From: Candidatus Wolframiiraptor sinensis
GTDB taxonomy: Archaea > Thermoproteota > Nitrososphaeria_A > Caldarchaeales > Wolframiiraptoraceae
DNA length: 64,000 nucleotides
Reading direction: 5' to 3'
Assembly (NCBI GenBank): GCA_023261815.1
Contig: JALNKA010000001.1
Span: 1 to 64,000, forward strand
A model generated the notes under the pieces. The model was not told where the DNA came from and did no database searches. It saw only the letters and a list, made by a program, of their open reading frames with translations. A program made the translations under genes and the position numbers. This document shows positions 41,315-51,688 of the stretch, one piece after another; the first letter of the stretch is position 1, and every line of letters starts with the position of its first letter.

Positions 41315-41695
41315 ATGCCCTACCTAGTTACACTAGAATTTGAGAGCGGTGTAAAGGTGATCTGTGAGCTTATGGAGCACCCTGAGCTGGAAAAGCTTCT
41401 CGCGCATTCTCCATTCAGCTCGGAAGTGGAACGATGGGGCGACGAGGTATACTTCGAGCTACCGGTAAGGCTTGAATTTGACGGCGAGAGAATGCTCATG
41501 GAGGTAGGGGAGGTTGCATATTGGCCCGAAGGAAACTCCATCTGCATATTCTTTGGGCCAACCCCGGTAAGCAGGGATGAGAAGCCCGTCGCCTACAGCA
41601 AGGTAAAGCCTCTGGGCAGAGTCATCAAGGGAATGGAACATCTCAGAAAAGTGAAGAACGGTGAGTATGTTGAGGTCAGGATAGAGAAAAAGTAA
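41315..41695 (+). CDS. Cyclophilin-like fold protein (DUF369/TM1367 family)
   Basis: WGDEVYF, GEVAYWPEGNSICIFFGPTP. Confidence 0.9.
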   Translation: MPYLVTLEFESGVKVICELMEHPELEKLLAHSPFSSEVERWGDEVYFELPVRLEFDGERMLMEVGEVAYWPEGNSICIFFGPTPVSRDEKPVAYSKVKPLGRVIKGMEHLRKVKNGEYVEVRIEKK

Positions 41696-41822
41696 ATGAT
41701 CATTCACACGTGCTTGGAACACTTTATAGCATCAAATCATGTTGTGAAATCTCCGCAAAGATAACCGTTGAAATAACATTTTTAAATAGGTGCTCAATTG
41801 AGGGGAGCAGGGTGAATCGGGA

Positions 41823-42845
41823 CTGAAAAAGGTTAGAGTTTGTATTGCTGGAGCGGGAAGAACTGGTCAAGTGCATGGAACCAATTTGGCCTTCAGAATT
41901 CCTATGGCAGAGGTCGTGGCCGTAGTCGATTCGAATGTGGAGGCCGCGAGAAATCTCGCAAGCCTTCTAGGCGGCGCAGGCTACTATGAAAGTCTCACCG
42001 AGGCTATAAGGAAGGTGGATTTTGATGCCGTTTTCATAACTACTCCGACCTTCACGCATCATCCCCTAACAGTTGAGGCCGCTGAGGCGGGGAAACATGT
42101 TTTCTGCGAAAAGCCCATGGCCCTAACATTAAGAGAGGCCGATGACATGATCTCGGTCGCCAGAAGAAATAACGTGAAGCTTCAAATAGGCTTCATGAGA
42201 AGATTTGACCCGGAATTCAGGAAAGCCAAATCATTAATAGATGAGGGGGCGATAGGCAAGCCCGTTTTGGTAAAGTCTGTCGGAAGAGGCCCTGGGCTGC
42301 CGCCGAGGTGGGCACTCGATCCAAAAACTGGTTTGGGCATGGTTGCGGAAGTCAATAGCCATGATTTCGACACGTTGAGGTGGTTCATGAACGATGAGTT
42401 CAAGACAATCTACGCTGATGCTGCAGCGCTATTAAGGCCCGATGTGGCGGAAGAGTTTCCTGGATTCCATGATGTCGTCGTGGTCGCGGTTAGATTCCAG
42501 AAAGGTGGTCTTGGGTTGATCGACGGCGGTTGCCCAGTCAATTATGCTTATGATGCCAGGGTCGAAGTACTTGGAACAGAAGGCTTACTCACGGTAGGAG
42601 AAATTCAGGGAACAAGCTTGATTATCTGCCATAAAGATCAGAAGATGACGACCGAGCCATTTCATAGCTGGAGGGATAGATTTAGAGAAGCCTACATCGC
42701 TGAGGCTGAAAGCTTCATAAGATCGATAATAGAGGATCGAGAACCTGAGGTTACCGGAGAAGATGGAAGAAAAGCCTTAGAAGCAACGCTCGCCGCAATA
42801 AGATCCATAAAAGAGCATGAACCGGTAAACCTACCCGTAAAATGA
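41823..42845 (+). CDS. Gfo/Idh/MocA oxidoreductase (inositol 2-dehydrogenase-like), probable CTG start
   Basis: KKVRVCIAGAGRTG, HVFCEKP, GFMRRFD, HDFD; Rossmann strand lies upstream of the ORF-track start. Confidence 0.9.
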   Translation: MKKVRVCIAGAGRTGQVHGTNLAFRIPMAEVVAVVDSNVEAARNLASLLGGAGYYESLTEAIRKVDFDAVFITTPTFTHHPLTVEAAEAGKHVFCEKPMALTLREADDMISVARRNNVKLQIGFMRRFDPEFRKAKSLIDEGAIGKPVLVKSVGRGPGLPPRWALDPKTGLGMVAEVNSHDFDTLRWFMNDEFKTIYADAAALLRPDVAEEFPGFHDVVVVAVRFQKGGLGLIDGGCPVNYAYDARVEVLGTEGLLTVGEIQGTSLIICHKDQKMTTEPFHSWRDRFREAYIAEAESFIRSIIEDREPEVTGEDGRKALEATLAAIRSIKEHEPVNLPVK

Positions 42846-42990
42846 GATCTCCGATCTCTCGGCAAGCTTCATCTATCACATGATCAAGATCAACTCTTCA
42901 ATTTTTAGGATTATTTCTAGTAAAAACCTGCTTAAGTTAAGCAGTTGCGATGAAAGTCATAAAGCAAAGATTTAAGTTATTCCATCTCGC

Positions 42991-43764
42991 ATGTTGGGAA
43001 ATATGAGGCTGAAGGATAAAGTTGCCATAGTGACTGGCGGAGCGAGCGGCATAGGTTTCGCGATAGCCGCGAAGTTTGCTAGCGAAGGGGCCAAGGTAGT
43101 GATAATAGATATTACTGGTGACAAGGCAGAAGAAGCGGCTGAAAGGATTCGGAAAAGCGGGGGAGAGGCTATAGCATTTCAGGGAGATGTATCCTCACGA
43201 GGAAGGGTCGAGGAAATAATCTCCGAGGTTCTCAGGAGATATGGGAAAATAGATATCTTAGTGAATAATGTGGGAATCTACCGTGGAAAATCTTTTTGGG
43301 AGGAGCCATTAGAGTTTTGGGAGCTCCTCTTCAAGGTCAATGTTCTCGGCATCGTGATTCCATCACAAGTAGTTGTAAAACATATGATGGAGAGGAGAAG
43401 CGGCGTTATAATAAACATCTCATCCAAGGCGGCTGTAGTGGGTGAGCCTGGTCACGCAGCCTATAGTGCCTCTAAAGGTGCTGTTCTATCCCTTACAAGG
43501 GCGATGGCCGTTGAGCTGGCACCATACAACATTAGGGTGAACGCGATATGCCCCGGGCCGACAGAGACACCGCTCCTATTCGCCGTAACAGATGAGGATG
43601 AGCGTAAGAGGATGGCATCAAGATGTATTCTTGGAAGGCTTGCAAAGCCCGAGGACATAGCCGGCGCGGCCCTTTACCTAGCAAGCGATGAAGCAAGCTA
43701 CGTCACTGGACAGGCATTGATCGTTGACGGAGGAATGACTATAACCGCTGTCGAGAGATTCTGA
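42991..43764 (+). CDS. Short-chain dehydrogenase/reductase (FabG-like)
   Basis: TGGASGIG, NNVG, YSASK, VNAICPG, VDGG. Confidence 0.95.
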   Translation: MLGNMRLKDKVAIVTGGASGIGFAIAAKFASEGAKVVIIDITGDKAEEAAERIRKSGGEAIAFQGDVSSRGRVEEIISEVLRRYGKIDILVNNVGIYRGKSFWEEPLEFWELLFKVNVLGIVIPSQVVVKHMMERRSGVIINISSKAAVVGEPGHAAYSASKGAVLSLTRAMAVELAPYNIRVNAICPGPTETPLLFAVTDEDERKRMASRCILGRLAKPEDIAGAALYLASDEASYVTGQALIVDGGMTITAVERF

Positions 43765-43871
43765 AAACCTTGCAACGCCTTAGTAGTGGTTCTCCCCTAA
43801 ATTTTTCTCTGATGCTGGGAATTTCAGCGAACTAGTAGAGTAGCTTGTGCTGAGCGGTCTAGATTAAGGCT

Positions 43872-44894
43872 TTACATTATCTCGATCTTCTTGGCAATTG
43901 CTTCCGTCATCTCCATCGTGGAGGCGCTTCCTCCCAGATCATAGGTTACATGCCTGCCCTCGGCCACGACCTCCTCGACAGCTCTGAATATCGCATTCAT
44001 CTTATCTTTCTCTCCGAGATATCCTATCATCCACGCGTATGAGAGTATGGTGGCGGTCGGGTTTACCTTGTTCATTCCCTTGTATTTCGGCGCGCTGCCA
44101 TGCGCTGGCTCGAACATGGCGTAGTCGTCGCCCATGTTTGCGGAGTAAACCATTCCTATGCTCGCGACGAGCGCCGCTGCTGCCTCGCTTATTATGTCCA
44201 TGAAGAGATTTGTCCCGAGGATCACCGTCTGATTGAATCTTTCATGGTTCTTGATCAGCTGTTGAGCCATGTTATCGATGAAGTACTCTTCCCAGCTTAT
44301 TTCCGGATAATTTTTTGCGACCTCTTGAATGGCCTCAATAAAGAGTCCATCGGTCTCCTTCAAGATGTTTCTCTTCGTAACTACAACAACCTTCTTCCAG
44401 CCATTCTCTCTCGCTATCTCAAATGCTTTTCTGGCGACTCTCGTAGACTGCCTCCTGCTTATCTTTCTGATTGCTATGGCCGTGTCCGGCGTCAGCCTCA
44501 CATCGATCCCGCTGTAAAGGCCCTCGGTCGCCTCTCGGACGCATATCAGGTCGACTGGGCCGAGCCTGCCCCTGATCCCGCCGATCGTCTTGATGGGCCT
44601 GATGTTGGCGTATAAGTCGAATCTCTGCCTTATGCTTACCGCCACGCTCCTCAAATGCTTTATCTCTGGAGGGGTCGTGGTCGGGCACTTAAGAACAGCG
44701 TTAGTTTGCTCGAGGATCTCCCAGGTTTCCTTCGGGATCATCGAGTCCCCCCCATGCTTTAACCACCACTCGTAACCGGCCTCCACGGGTATAATCTCGA
44801 TCTTGCTGCCGACGGCTTCATGAATTCTCATGACTGCATCGGCCAGCTCAGGTCCAACGCCATCTCCGCGGATCAGGGCTGCCCTCTTGACCAT
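43872..44894 (-). CDS. Isocitrate/isopropylmalate dehydrogenase family enzyme
   Basis: GDGVGPE, DLYANIRP, REATEGLY, NLFMDIIS, FEPAHGSAPKY, TYDLGG. Confidence 0.93.
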   Translation of the reverse strand: MVKRAALIRGDGVGPELADAVMRIHEAVGSKIEIIPVEAGYEWWLKHGGDSMIPKETWEILEQTNAVLKCPTTTPPEIKHLRSVAVSIRQRFDLYANIRPIKTIGGIRGRLGPVDLICVREATEGLYSGIDVRLTPDTAIAIRKISRRQSTRVARKAFEIARENGWKKVVVVTKRNILKETDGLFIEAIQEVAKNYPEISWEEYFIDNMAQQLIKNHERFNQTVILGTNLFMDIISEAAAALVASIGMVYSANMGDDYAMFEPAHGSAPKYKGMNKVNPTATILSYAWMIGYLGEKDKMNAIFRAVEEVVAEGRHVTYDLGGSASTMEMTEAIAKKIEIM

Positions 44895-44944
44895 AAGCGA
44901 TCACCGAATCGGGCTTATGCGCCCAATTTTAACCTTAATCCTCA

Positions 44945-46282
44945 TTATACCTCGAATCCTGCCCTCTTCGCGAATAGCTTAAACTCCTGCTCTCCTATCG
45001 GGTATCTCCTCTCCCGCATTGAGAACTCGTTGGTTATCATCTCGACTAGGTTCATGAGCCTGGGATCATCTTCATCCACCTTTACTCCTAGGATTTCCTC
45101 GAGCTTGAGCTTTATTCCATGCTTCCCGGATCTTCTCCCGATGACTATGGATCTTCTCTGACCCACCAGCTCCGGCGGGAACGGCTCATATGTCAGGGGC
45201 AACTTCGAGATTCCATGGAGGTGTATGCCGGATTCATGGGCGAATACTCCGTCTCCGACTATAGCCTTGTTTATCGGGAGATGATATCCGAGCGACGAGG
45301 CTATGTAGATTGCGAGCTCCCTGAGGGGCTTTAGATTCCATTTTCTTACGTCATAGTGCATGTAACAGTTCATTATCACCTTCTCGGTCTCGGCGTTTCC
45401 AGCCCTATCCCCCAGCCCAAGGAAGGTCGTGCTGACATACACCTTATCGTAGAGCCCATCAGCCGCTCTGATCGTCGCCATGGTATTCTCAACAGCATTC
45501 CCAAGATCATCATGCGCGTGTATCTCGATGTATGGTATCTTCGTCTCCGCTCTAATCCTCCTAACCTTCTCAGGTATACCTTTCGGCAGGGGCGCCCGCG
45601 GATCCGAGAGCCCACATCCGATGGTATCGCAGATCCTATAAACCTCGGCGCCAGCCTCTGCCACAGCATTTATGAAGATTTTCTCGAACCTCCAGTCAGC
45701 CCTAGTGCTATCCTCGCCGTGGACGAAAACCCTAAGGCCGTGCTCCCTCGCGTAGGCGACGGCGTCAACAACCCTGTTCACCAGATCCTCCAGCGAGAGG
45801 TTGGGCCACTTGCTGAAGTGTATGTAGGAGACCGGATGCGAGATTCCTACCTGCTGGAGATCGAGCTCTAATGCCACGTCTATATCGGCTTTATTCGCCC
45901 TGCACCATCCCGCGAGGAGGGGGGTGAGCCCCTCATCCTTCATGAGCTTGATCGCCTCCCTATCTGTCTTGGTGTACATCATCACCTCAAGCCTCTCTAT
46001 CCCGATCTCCCTCAGCATCATCGCTATCCTCAGATACTCCTCGGGCCTCGGGTTCAATAGGCTGGCCATCTGAAAGCCCTCCCTCAGCGTTGTATCATCC
46101 ACGATCACGTCCACTTTCAGCGGCAGGGGCTCATAAACGAACCTCTTAAGCTCCTCCCACTTATCTGGGTCAAACGCATTGACCATCGAGAGAGACATTA
46201 TCTTCTCCAAGATCCTCCTTCTCTCCTCGTCGAGGGCTTTTAGCTCCTCTCTCCACATGTTCCAGCTGGAATACGCGGGCAT
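44945..46282 (-). CDS. DRE-TIM acyltransferase (Re-citrate/homocitrate synthase-like)
   Basis: DTTLREGFQ, EDSTRAD, ICDTIG, HAHDDLG, GDRAGNA, FAHESGIH; no LeuA regulatory domain. Confidence 0.85.
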   Translation of the reverse strand: MPAYSSWNMWREELKALDEERRRILEKIMSLSMVNAFDPDKWEELKRFVYEPLPLKVDVIVDDTTLREGFQMASLLNPRPEEYLRIAMMLREIGIERLEVMMYTKTDREAIKLMKDEGLTPLLAGWCRANKADIDVALELDLQQVGISHPVSYIHFSKWPNLSLEDLVNRVVDAVAYAREHGLRVFVHGEDSTRADWRFEKIFINAVAEAGAEVYRICDTIGCGLSDPRAPLPKGIPEKVRRIRAETKIPYIEIHAHDDLGNAVENTMATIRAADGLYDKVYVSTTFLGLGDRAGNAETEKVIMNCYMHYDVRKWNLKPLRELAIYIASSLGYHLPINKAIVGDGVFAHESGIHLHGISKLPLTYEPFPPELVGQRRSIVIGRRSGKHGIKLKLEEILGVKVDEDDPRLMNLVEMITNEFSMRERRYPIGEQEFKLFAKRAGFEV

Positions 46283-46348
46283 CCTAATTAATGTTTTAAC
46301 GAAAACCGCAAAAAGCCGAGCACTTTCGCGAGGCGCCATAAGGGGGAT

Positions 46349-49117
46349 TTAGGCCGCCTTATTGAGATCGCCGTGAGCGAGTTGAACGCTACCAGCCCAT
46401 CGAACCCTCCTAGGCACTATGAATACCTTTACCGCCTCGCGTATGATAAATGTCGAGATGCAGATGAGTAATATCATCGCGATATCTTGCGGCGTTGGAA
46501 GGACTATTTGAAGGGCCTCGCGCGTGGCGGGAATAAGCATTAGAACAGTTATCAGCAATGTTTCCCAGAGCACCGCGAGCACTAGCAGTTTATGGGGAGG
46601 AGCCTTGAGCGTCGTGAACCTAAGCGATCTACAGTTCACAGCGACGAAGAGCTCCAAGAAAACAAACGTCAAGAAAACAATGCTCATGGCCCTCACGTGA
46701 CCCGCGACCAAATACTCGAAGAAGTAGATCGCGAGGAGTATTGGCGTATTTATAAGTGGTATCATTATCAGAAACGGCATGACTTCCCCGCTAAAGATTG
46801 ATTCTTTCGGATCTCTTGGAGGCCTCCTCATCACATCCGGATCCGGCGGAGCTAACCCTAGTGCGAGCGCCGGCAGCCCATCCGTCGCCAGATTTATATA
46901 CAGTATGTGAACCGGGAGAAGCGGTAACAAGAGTTCCCCAAACATGTACGTGCCCACTATAGCTGCGATCGTAAGCATAGCTATCTCGACTATATTACTC
47001 TCTAGAAGATAGACGAGGTATTTTTTGACATTATCATATATCCATCTACCCATCTCTATCGCCTTTATTATTGTGGCGAAGTTGTCATCGAGCAGAATCA
47101 TGTCGGAGGCTTCCTTGGTCACCTCCGTCCCCGTTATGCCCATGGCGATGCCTATGTCGGCCTGCTTCACCGCCGGCGCATCGTTCACGCCATCACCCGT
47201 CATCGCGACTATCTCTCCCCTCCTCTTCCAAGCCCTGACTATCTTGAGCTTATGCATCGGAGAGACCCTAGCATAGACCGTGACCCTGTCAACGATCTTA
47301 TCGAGCTCCTCCTCGCTCATCTTCTCGAGCTCCTCGCCGGTCAAGACCAGGTCTCCATCCTCATAGATCCCCATCTCGCGGGCTATCGCGATTGCCGTGA
47401 GCTTGTGATCGCCCGTAATCATCACGGGCTTTATCCCGACTTTCTTGCAGATCTTCACGGCTTCTATCGCCTCCTCCCTCGGCGGATCGATCATCCCCAT
47501 GATCCCGAGGAAAACCATATCCCGCTCCACATCATCGGGCGAGCTCGAGACCGATCCATCGAGACGCTTATAGGCGAAGGCCAGATTCCTCAGGGCACTC
47601 GAGGCAAGCTCCTCATTGATCCTCAGAATCCTCCTTTTCATCTCATCATCGAGATCTCTTACTTCATCACCCATTTGAACATGCTTGCATCTTTCGAGAA
47701 CGATCTCGACTGCGCCCTTCATGAATGCGACCCGCCCCAGATCCCCCAGCTCGTGAATGGTCGTCATCCTCTTGCGCTCCGAGCTGAATGGAATCTCATC
47801 CATCTTGGGATACTTGGATCGGATCTCATCGTACTTGAAGCCGGCTTTCTCGGCCACGACGAGTAGAGCCGCCTCCGTTGGATCGCCCTCCACGCTCCAC
47901 CCGCCTTCACCTTTAACAAGCCTGGCATCATTGCATAGAATCGCGCCGAGCACGAGGAGCTCGAAAGCCCTGCTCCTTGGATCGCCCACAATCTCCCCCT
48001 TCGGCTCATAGCCAGCTCCAGTCACATCGTAGATCGCGTCATCGACGTAGATCTTCTTGACGGTCATCTCGCCCTTCGTGAGCGTCCCAGTTTTATCGGA
48101 GCAGATCACGGTTACGCAGCCGAGGGTCTCGACCGCCGGCATTCTTCGAACTAGCGCATTCCTCTTCGCCATCTCCCTCATTCCTATCGCCAGGGTTCCG
48201 GTTACTATCGCGGGCAGGGCCTCCGGGATCACAGCAACGGCCAGCGCGATCGAGAATAGCATCACCTCGATTATGGTTCCAGGGGATATCTGGCCAGCAA
48301 CCAGTAGGTCTTCGAGGAGAAGGGCTAAGGCGATCGCGACGCAGATCGCTATCACGAGCTTGCCCAGTACGCTCCCCAGCTCCCTCATTCTCCTCTCAAG
48401 CGGTGTTTCGGATGCTTCGATGACGGCGACCTCGCCCGCGATCTTGCCGAGCTCGGTCCTCATGCCCGTGGCGACCACGATAGCCTTGCCCTTCCCATAG
48501 GTTACGGTGGTTCCAGCGTAGAGCATGTTAACTCGATCTGGTAGTGATGCATCTCTCGGGACGGGCTCGACGCGCTTGGAAACGGGGGTTGATTCGCCGG
48601 TGAGGGGGGCCTCATCGACCTGCAAATCATGGCACTCAACGATCCTACAGTCTGCGACGATTCTATCTCCCGCTGAGATGACCAGCAGATCTCCCGGAAC
48701 AACCTCCCTCGCGGGAATGGTCTTCTCCACGCCGTCCCTGATGACCCTGGCCATGGGTATCAGCATTTTCCTGAGCGCTTCTATCGCTCTTTCAGCCCTA
48801 TACTCTTGGATGAAGCCGAGGGTCGAGGCTGCGATCACTATCGCGAATATCAATATACTATCAACAGGAAACTCCCCTTCAATCACGGAGATCACGTAGG
48901 AGATCGCGGTCGCGGCGATGAGTATCAAGATGAGGGGGCTCTTAAATTGCTTCAACCAGATGGATAAAGCAGAGACGCGTTTCTCGACTGTCAGCTCGTT
49001 ATAACCATAGATCTCGAGCCTCCTTCGAGCCTCCTCCTCGCTCAGGCCATTAGGCCCCGTCGCAAGCCTCCTGTAAACCTCCTCCGCTGGAAGCACGTGA
49101 AAATCATTAAACTCCAA
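46349..49117 (-). CDS. P-type ATPase, type II (Ca2+/cation transporting)
   Basis: TGES, IPEALP, DKTGTLT, KGA, DPPR, TGDGVNDAP, 10-TM layout. Confidence 0.97.
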   Translation of the reverse strand: MEFNDFHVLPAEEVYRRLATGPNGLSEEEARRRLEIYGYNELTVEKRVSALSIWLKQFKSPLILILIAATAISYVISVIEGEFPVDSILIFAIVIAASTLGFIQEYRAERAIEALRKMLIPMARVIRDGVEKTIPAREVVPGDLLVISAGDRIVADCRIVECHDLQVDEAPLTGESTPVSKRVEPVPRDASLPDRVNMLYAGTTVTYGKGKAIVVATGMRTELGKIAGEVAVIEASETPLERRMRELGSVLGKLVIAICVAIALALLLEDLLVAGQISPGTIIEVMLFSIALAVAVIPEALPAIVTGTLAIGMREMAKRNALVRRMPAVETLGCVTVICSDKTGTLTKGEMTVKKIYVDDAIYDVTGAGYEPKGEIVGDPRSRAFELLVLGAILCNDARLVKGEGGWSVEGDPTEAALLVVAEKAGFKYDEIRSKYPKMDEIPFSSERKRMTTIHELGDLGRVAFMKGAVEIVLERCKHVQMGDEVRDLDDEMKRRILRINEELASSALRNLAFAYKRLDGSVSSSPDDVERDMVFLGIMGMIDPPREEAIEAVKICKKVGIKPVMITGDHKLTAIAIAREMGIYEDGDLVLTGEELEKMSEEELDKIVDRVTVYARVSPMHKLKIVRAWKRRGEIVAMTGDGVNDAPAVKQADIGIAMGITGTEVTKEASDMILLDDNFATIIKAIEMGRWIYDNVKKYLVYLLESNIVEIAMLTIAAIVGTYMFGELLLPLLPVHILYINLATDGLPALALGLAPPDPDVMRRPPRDPKESIFSGEVMPFLIMIPLINTPILLAIYFFEYLVAGHVRAMSIVFLTFVFLELFVAVNCRSLRFTTLKAPPHKLLVLAVLWETLLITVLMLIPATREALQIVLPTPQDIAMILLICISTFIIREAVKVFIVPRRVRWAGSVQLAHGDLNKAA

Positions 49118-49227
49118 GATGCCCTCATCTCGGATGAGCCAGCAACCTTAAAACCTTAAACTTAGGAGCAGAAAAATCAGAAAAATAATGGATAAGAGGA
49201 CATGCGGGTTTAAAGATGAAAGGCTTG

Positions 49228-50259
49228 TTAGCTTTCCCTGAAAACGTTGACGTATTCGAAGAGCTCCTCGGGAACGTATCTGGTCTGTCCGACAACTTCC
49301 TCGAGTTTAACCGGAACAATCTCGGTTCCCCTGAGGACGACGGCGTAGCCGAACTTCCTCTCCTTTACCAAGTCAACCGCCTTGTAGCCGAGCCTCACCC
49401 CAAGAACCCTATCAAAAGCATTCGGAGAACCGCCCCTCTGAATGTATCCTAGAATCGTCGATCTAACCTCTCTCCCGGTCCTTCTCTTAATCTCCTCCTC
49501 CAGGAACTTGGCTATTCCGCCGAGCCTCGCGTGGCCGAACTCATCCTTCTCGGCGGCCGCGATCGCCAACTCGCCGGTCTCAGGAATCTTAACACCCTCA
49601 GCTACAGCTATCAAGGTATAGCCCTCGCCCCTCTCATCCCTTTCCTTAATGATCCTGCAGACTTCATCTATGTCGAGGGGTTTCTCGGGTATCAGTATTA
49701 CATGCGCGCCTCCGGCGAGCCCGCCCATGAGTGTGAGCCAGCCCGCATACCTGCCCATGATCTCCGCTATGATCACCCGCTTATGGGACTTGGCGGTCGT
49801 ATGAAGTTTCTCCAGCGCGTCTGCGATGGTTTCGACGGCGGTCCAGAAGCCTATCGAGTAATCCGTCGCCGAGAGATCATTGTCTATGGTCTTTGGCACG
49901 CCGACTACCGGGAGACCCCGCTGATAAAGCTTGAGAGCAGCCCCTAAAGTATCATCGCCGCCAATCGCTAGCAAGGCATCGATTCCGAGCTTTTTCACAT
50001 TCTCCATAACCTTCTTCATATCTTCCTCGGACTTCGCCGGATTCTTCCTCGAGGATCCCAGAATTGTGCCGCCGACAAAATGTATCCCCTTCACATCCTC
50101 CTTCTTCAGCGGCCTAGCCCTTCCCTCAATTAACCCCTTATAGCCATCCTCAATCCCCCAGACCTCGAACCCGTAATAAGCTGCTCTGAGAACTATTGAC
50201 TGAATAACGGAGTTAAGCCCGGGGCAATCTCCTCCACCAGTCAGAACGCCTACCTTCAA
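49228..50259 (-). CDS. pfkA: PfkA-family phosphofructokinase, probably PPi-dependent
   Basis: TGGGDCPGLN, GGDDT, PKTIDND, EIMGR, GYIQRGG. Confidence 0.93.
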   Translation of the reverse strand: MKVGVLTGGGDCPGLNSVIQSIVLRAAYYGFEVWGIEDGYKGLIEGRARPLKKEDVKGIHFVGGTILGSSRKNPAKSEEDMKKVMENVKKLGIDALLAIGGDDTLGAALKLYQRGLPVVGVPKTIDNDLSATDYSIGFWTAVETIADALEKLHTTAKSHKRVIIAEIMGRYAGWLTLMGGLAGGAHVILIPEKPLDIDEVCRIIKERDERGEGYTLIAVAEGVKIPETGELAIAAAEKDEFGHARLGGIAKFLEEEIKRRTGREVRSTILGYIQRGGSPNAFDRVLGVRLGYKAVDLVKERKFGYAVVLRGTEIVPVKLEEVVGQTRYVPEELFEYVNVFRES

Positions 50260-50480
50260 AAAAACCTCCCCAATCCTAAAATTCGATAGATGTGACTATA
50301 TATACGTTAAGCTTTTATAATCCTAAGACTTCCATATTGGCTCGTAATGTATCAGACAAGTAACTAAGGGGTTATAATTGCATGAGTGCATGTTAAAGTA
50401 TTAAAGTCCTTGTAGACGAGCTTTATTATACTTGACGTTTATATATAACCTTATCCAAGAAGATTTGAGGGGGCTGATTA

Positions 50481-51591
50481 TTAGCTGGCGTAAGGGTTAT
50501 TGGGTTGCGCAAGAAATTTGACAAAACTGTTGCTGTGGATAATGTTAGCTTTGAGGTGAAAGATGGCGAGTTCGTGATTTTGCTGGGCCCATCGGGTTGC
50601 GGGAAGACGACGACTCTCAGATGCATCGCGGGGCTTGAGACCCCTGATGAAGGTGAGATATACATCGGGGATAAGCTTGTGAAGGATCTTCCTCCGAAGG
50701 ATAGAGATGTGACCATGGTATTCCAGAGCTACGCCCTCTACCCGCACATGAGCGTGTACGATAACCTGGCTTTCCCGCTTAAAATGAGAAAGTATCCGAA
50801 GGATGAAATAGATAAGCGGGTTAGGGAGGTTGACAGGCTCCTCAGGATCGAAGATCTATTGGATAGGAGACCGCGGCAGCTCAGCGGCGGCCAGCAGCAG
50901 CGAGTAGCACTGGGAAGAGCTCTCGTGAGGAATCCTCAGGTATAATCCTCAGGTATGGTTGATGGATGAGCCTCTCAGTAACTTGGATGCCAAGCTGAGA
51001 GTCTATATGAGGGCCGAGCTCAAGAAGCTCCAGAAAGATCTGGGGATCACCACGATATACGTGACGCATGATCAGGCTGAGGCGATGGCCATGGGAGATA
51101 GGATCGCCGTAATGGATAAGGGGAAGATACTCCAGTACGATGAGCCTCATGCGGTCTACGACAACCCCGCGAACATATTCGTTGCAGGATTCCTTGGAAG
51201 CCCACCAATGAACTTCATTGATGCAACGGTTATCGAGAGGGACGCACGGATGGTGCTTGATGCCGGAATATTCCAGTATCAGTTACCGGATGATCTGGCA
51301 AAGCTTCTGAGGGAAAGGCTGACGGGAGATAAGGTCGTGATAGGATTTAGGCCGGAGCACATGATATTATCAATCGAGAGGACGCCGGAATCCGTGTTCC
51401 AGGCCGATGTATACGTGGTTGAGCCCATGGGCTCTAGCTACGTCGTTGACTTGAAAGCGGGAGACTACCTTCTCAAGGCAATCTCGCCAATAACCGTAAA
51501 GCTTCCACCGATCGGGGAGAAAGTCTGGGTAGGATTCCCACCCGAGAAGATGCATCTCTTCGACGCGAAGACCGAGAAGACCGTATTCTGA
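50481..51591 (+). pseudogene. MalK-type sugar ABC transporter ATPase, interrupted
   Basis: [35 protein letters not shown] tail; 13-bp duplication creates a stop at 50945; start codon appears as TTA. Confidence 0.88.
50931..50956 (+). repeat. Perfect 13-bp tandem duplication AATCCTCAGGTAT x2
   Basis: 50931-50943 equals 50944-50956. Confidence 0.95.
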
Positions 51592-51688
51592 GGTATTAAA
51601 TTACCTCATACTTTTATCCTTTCTAACTTCGGTTGCGGCGAGCAAACAGCTATTATTAGCTTTTATATTAGCTTTTAAATGCTACATA

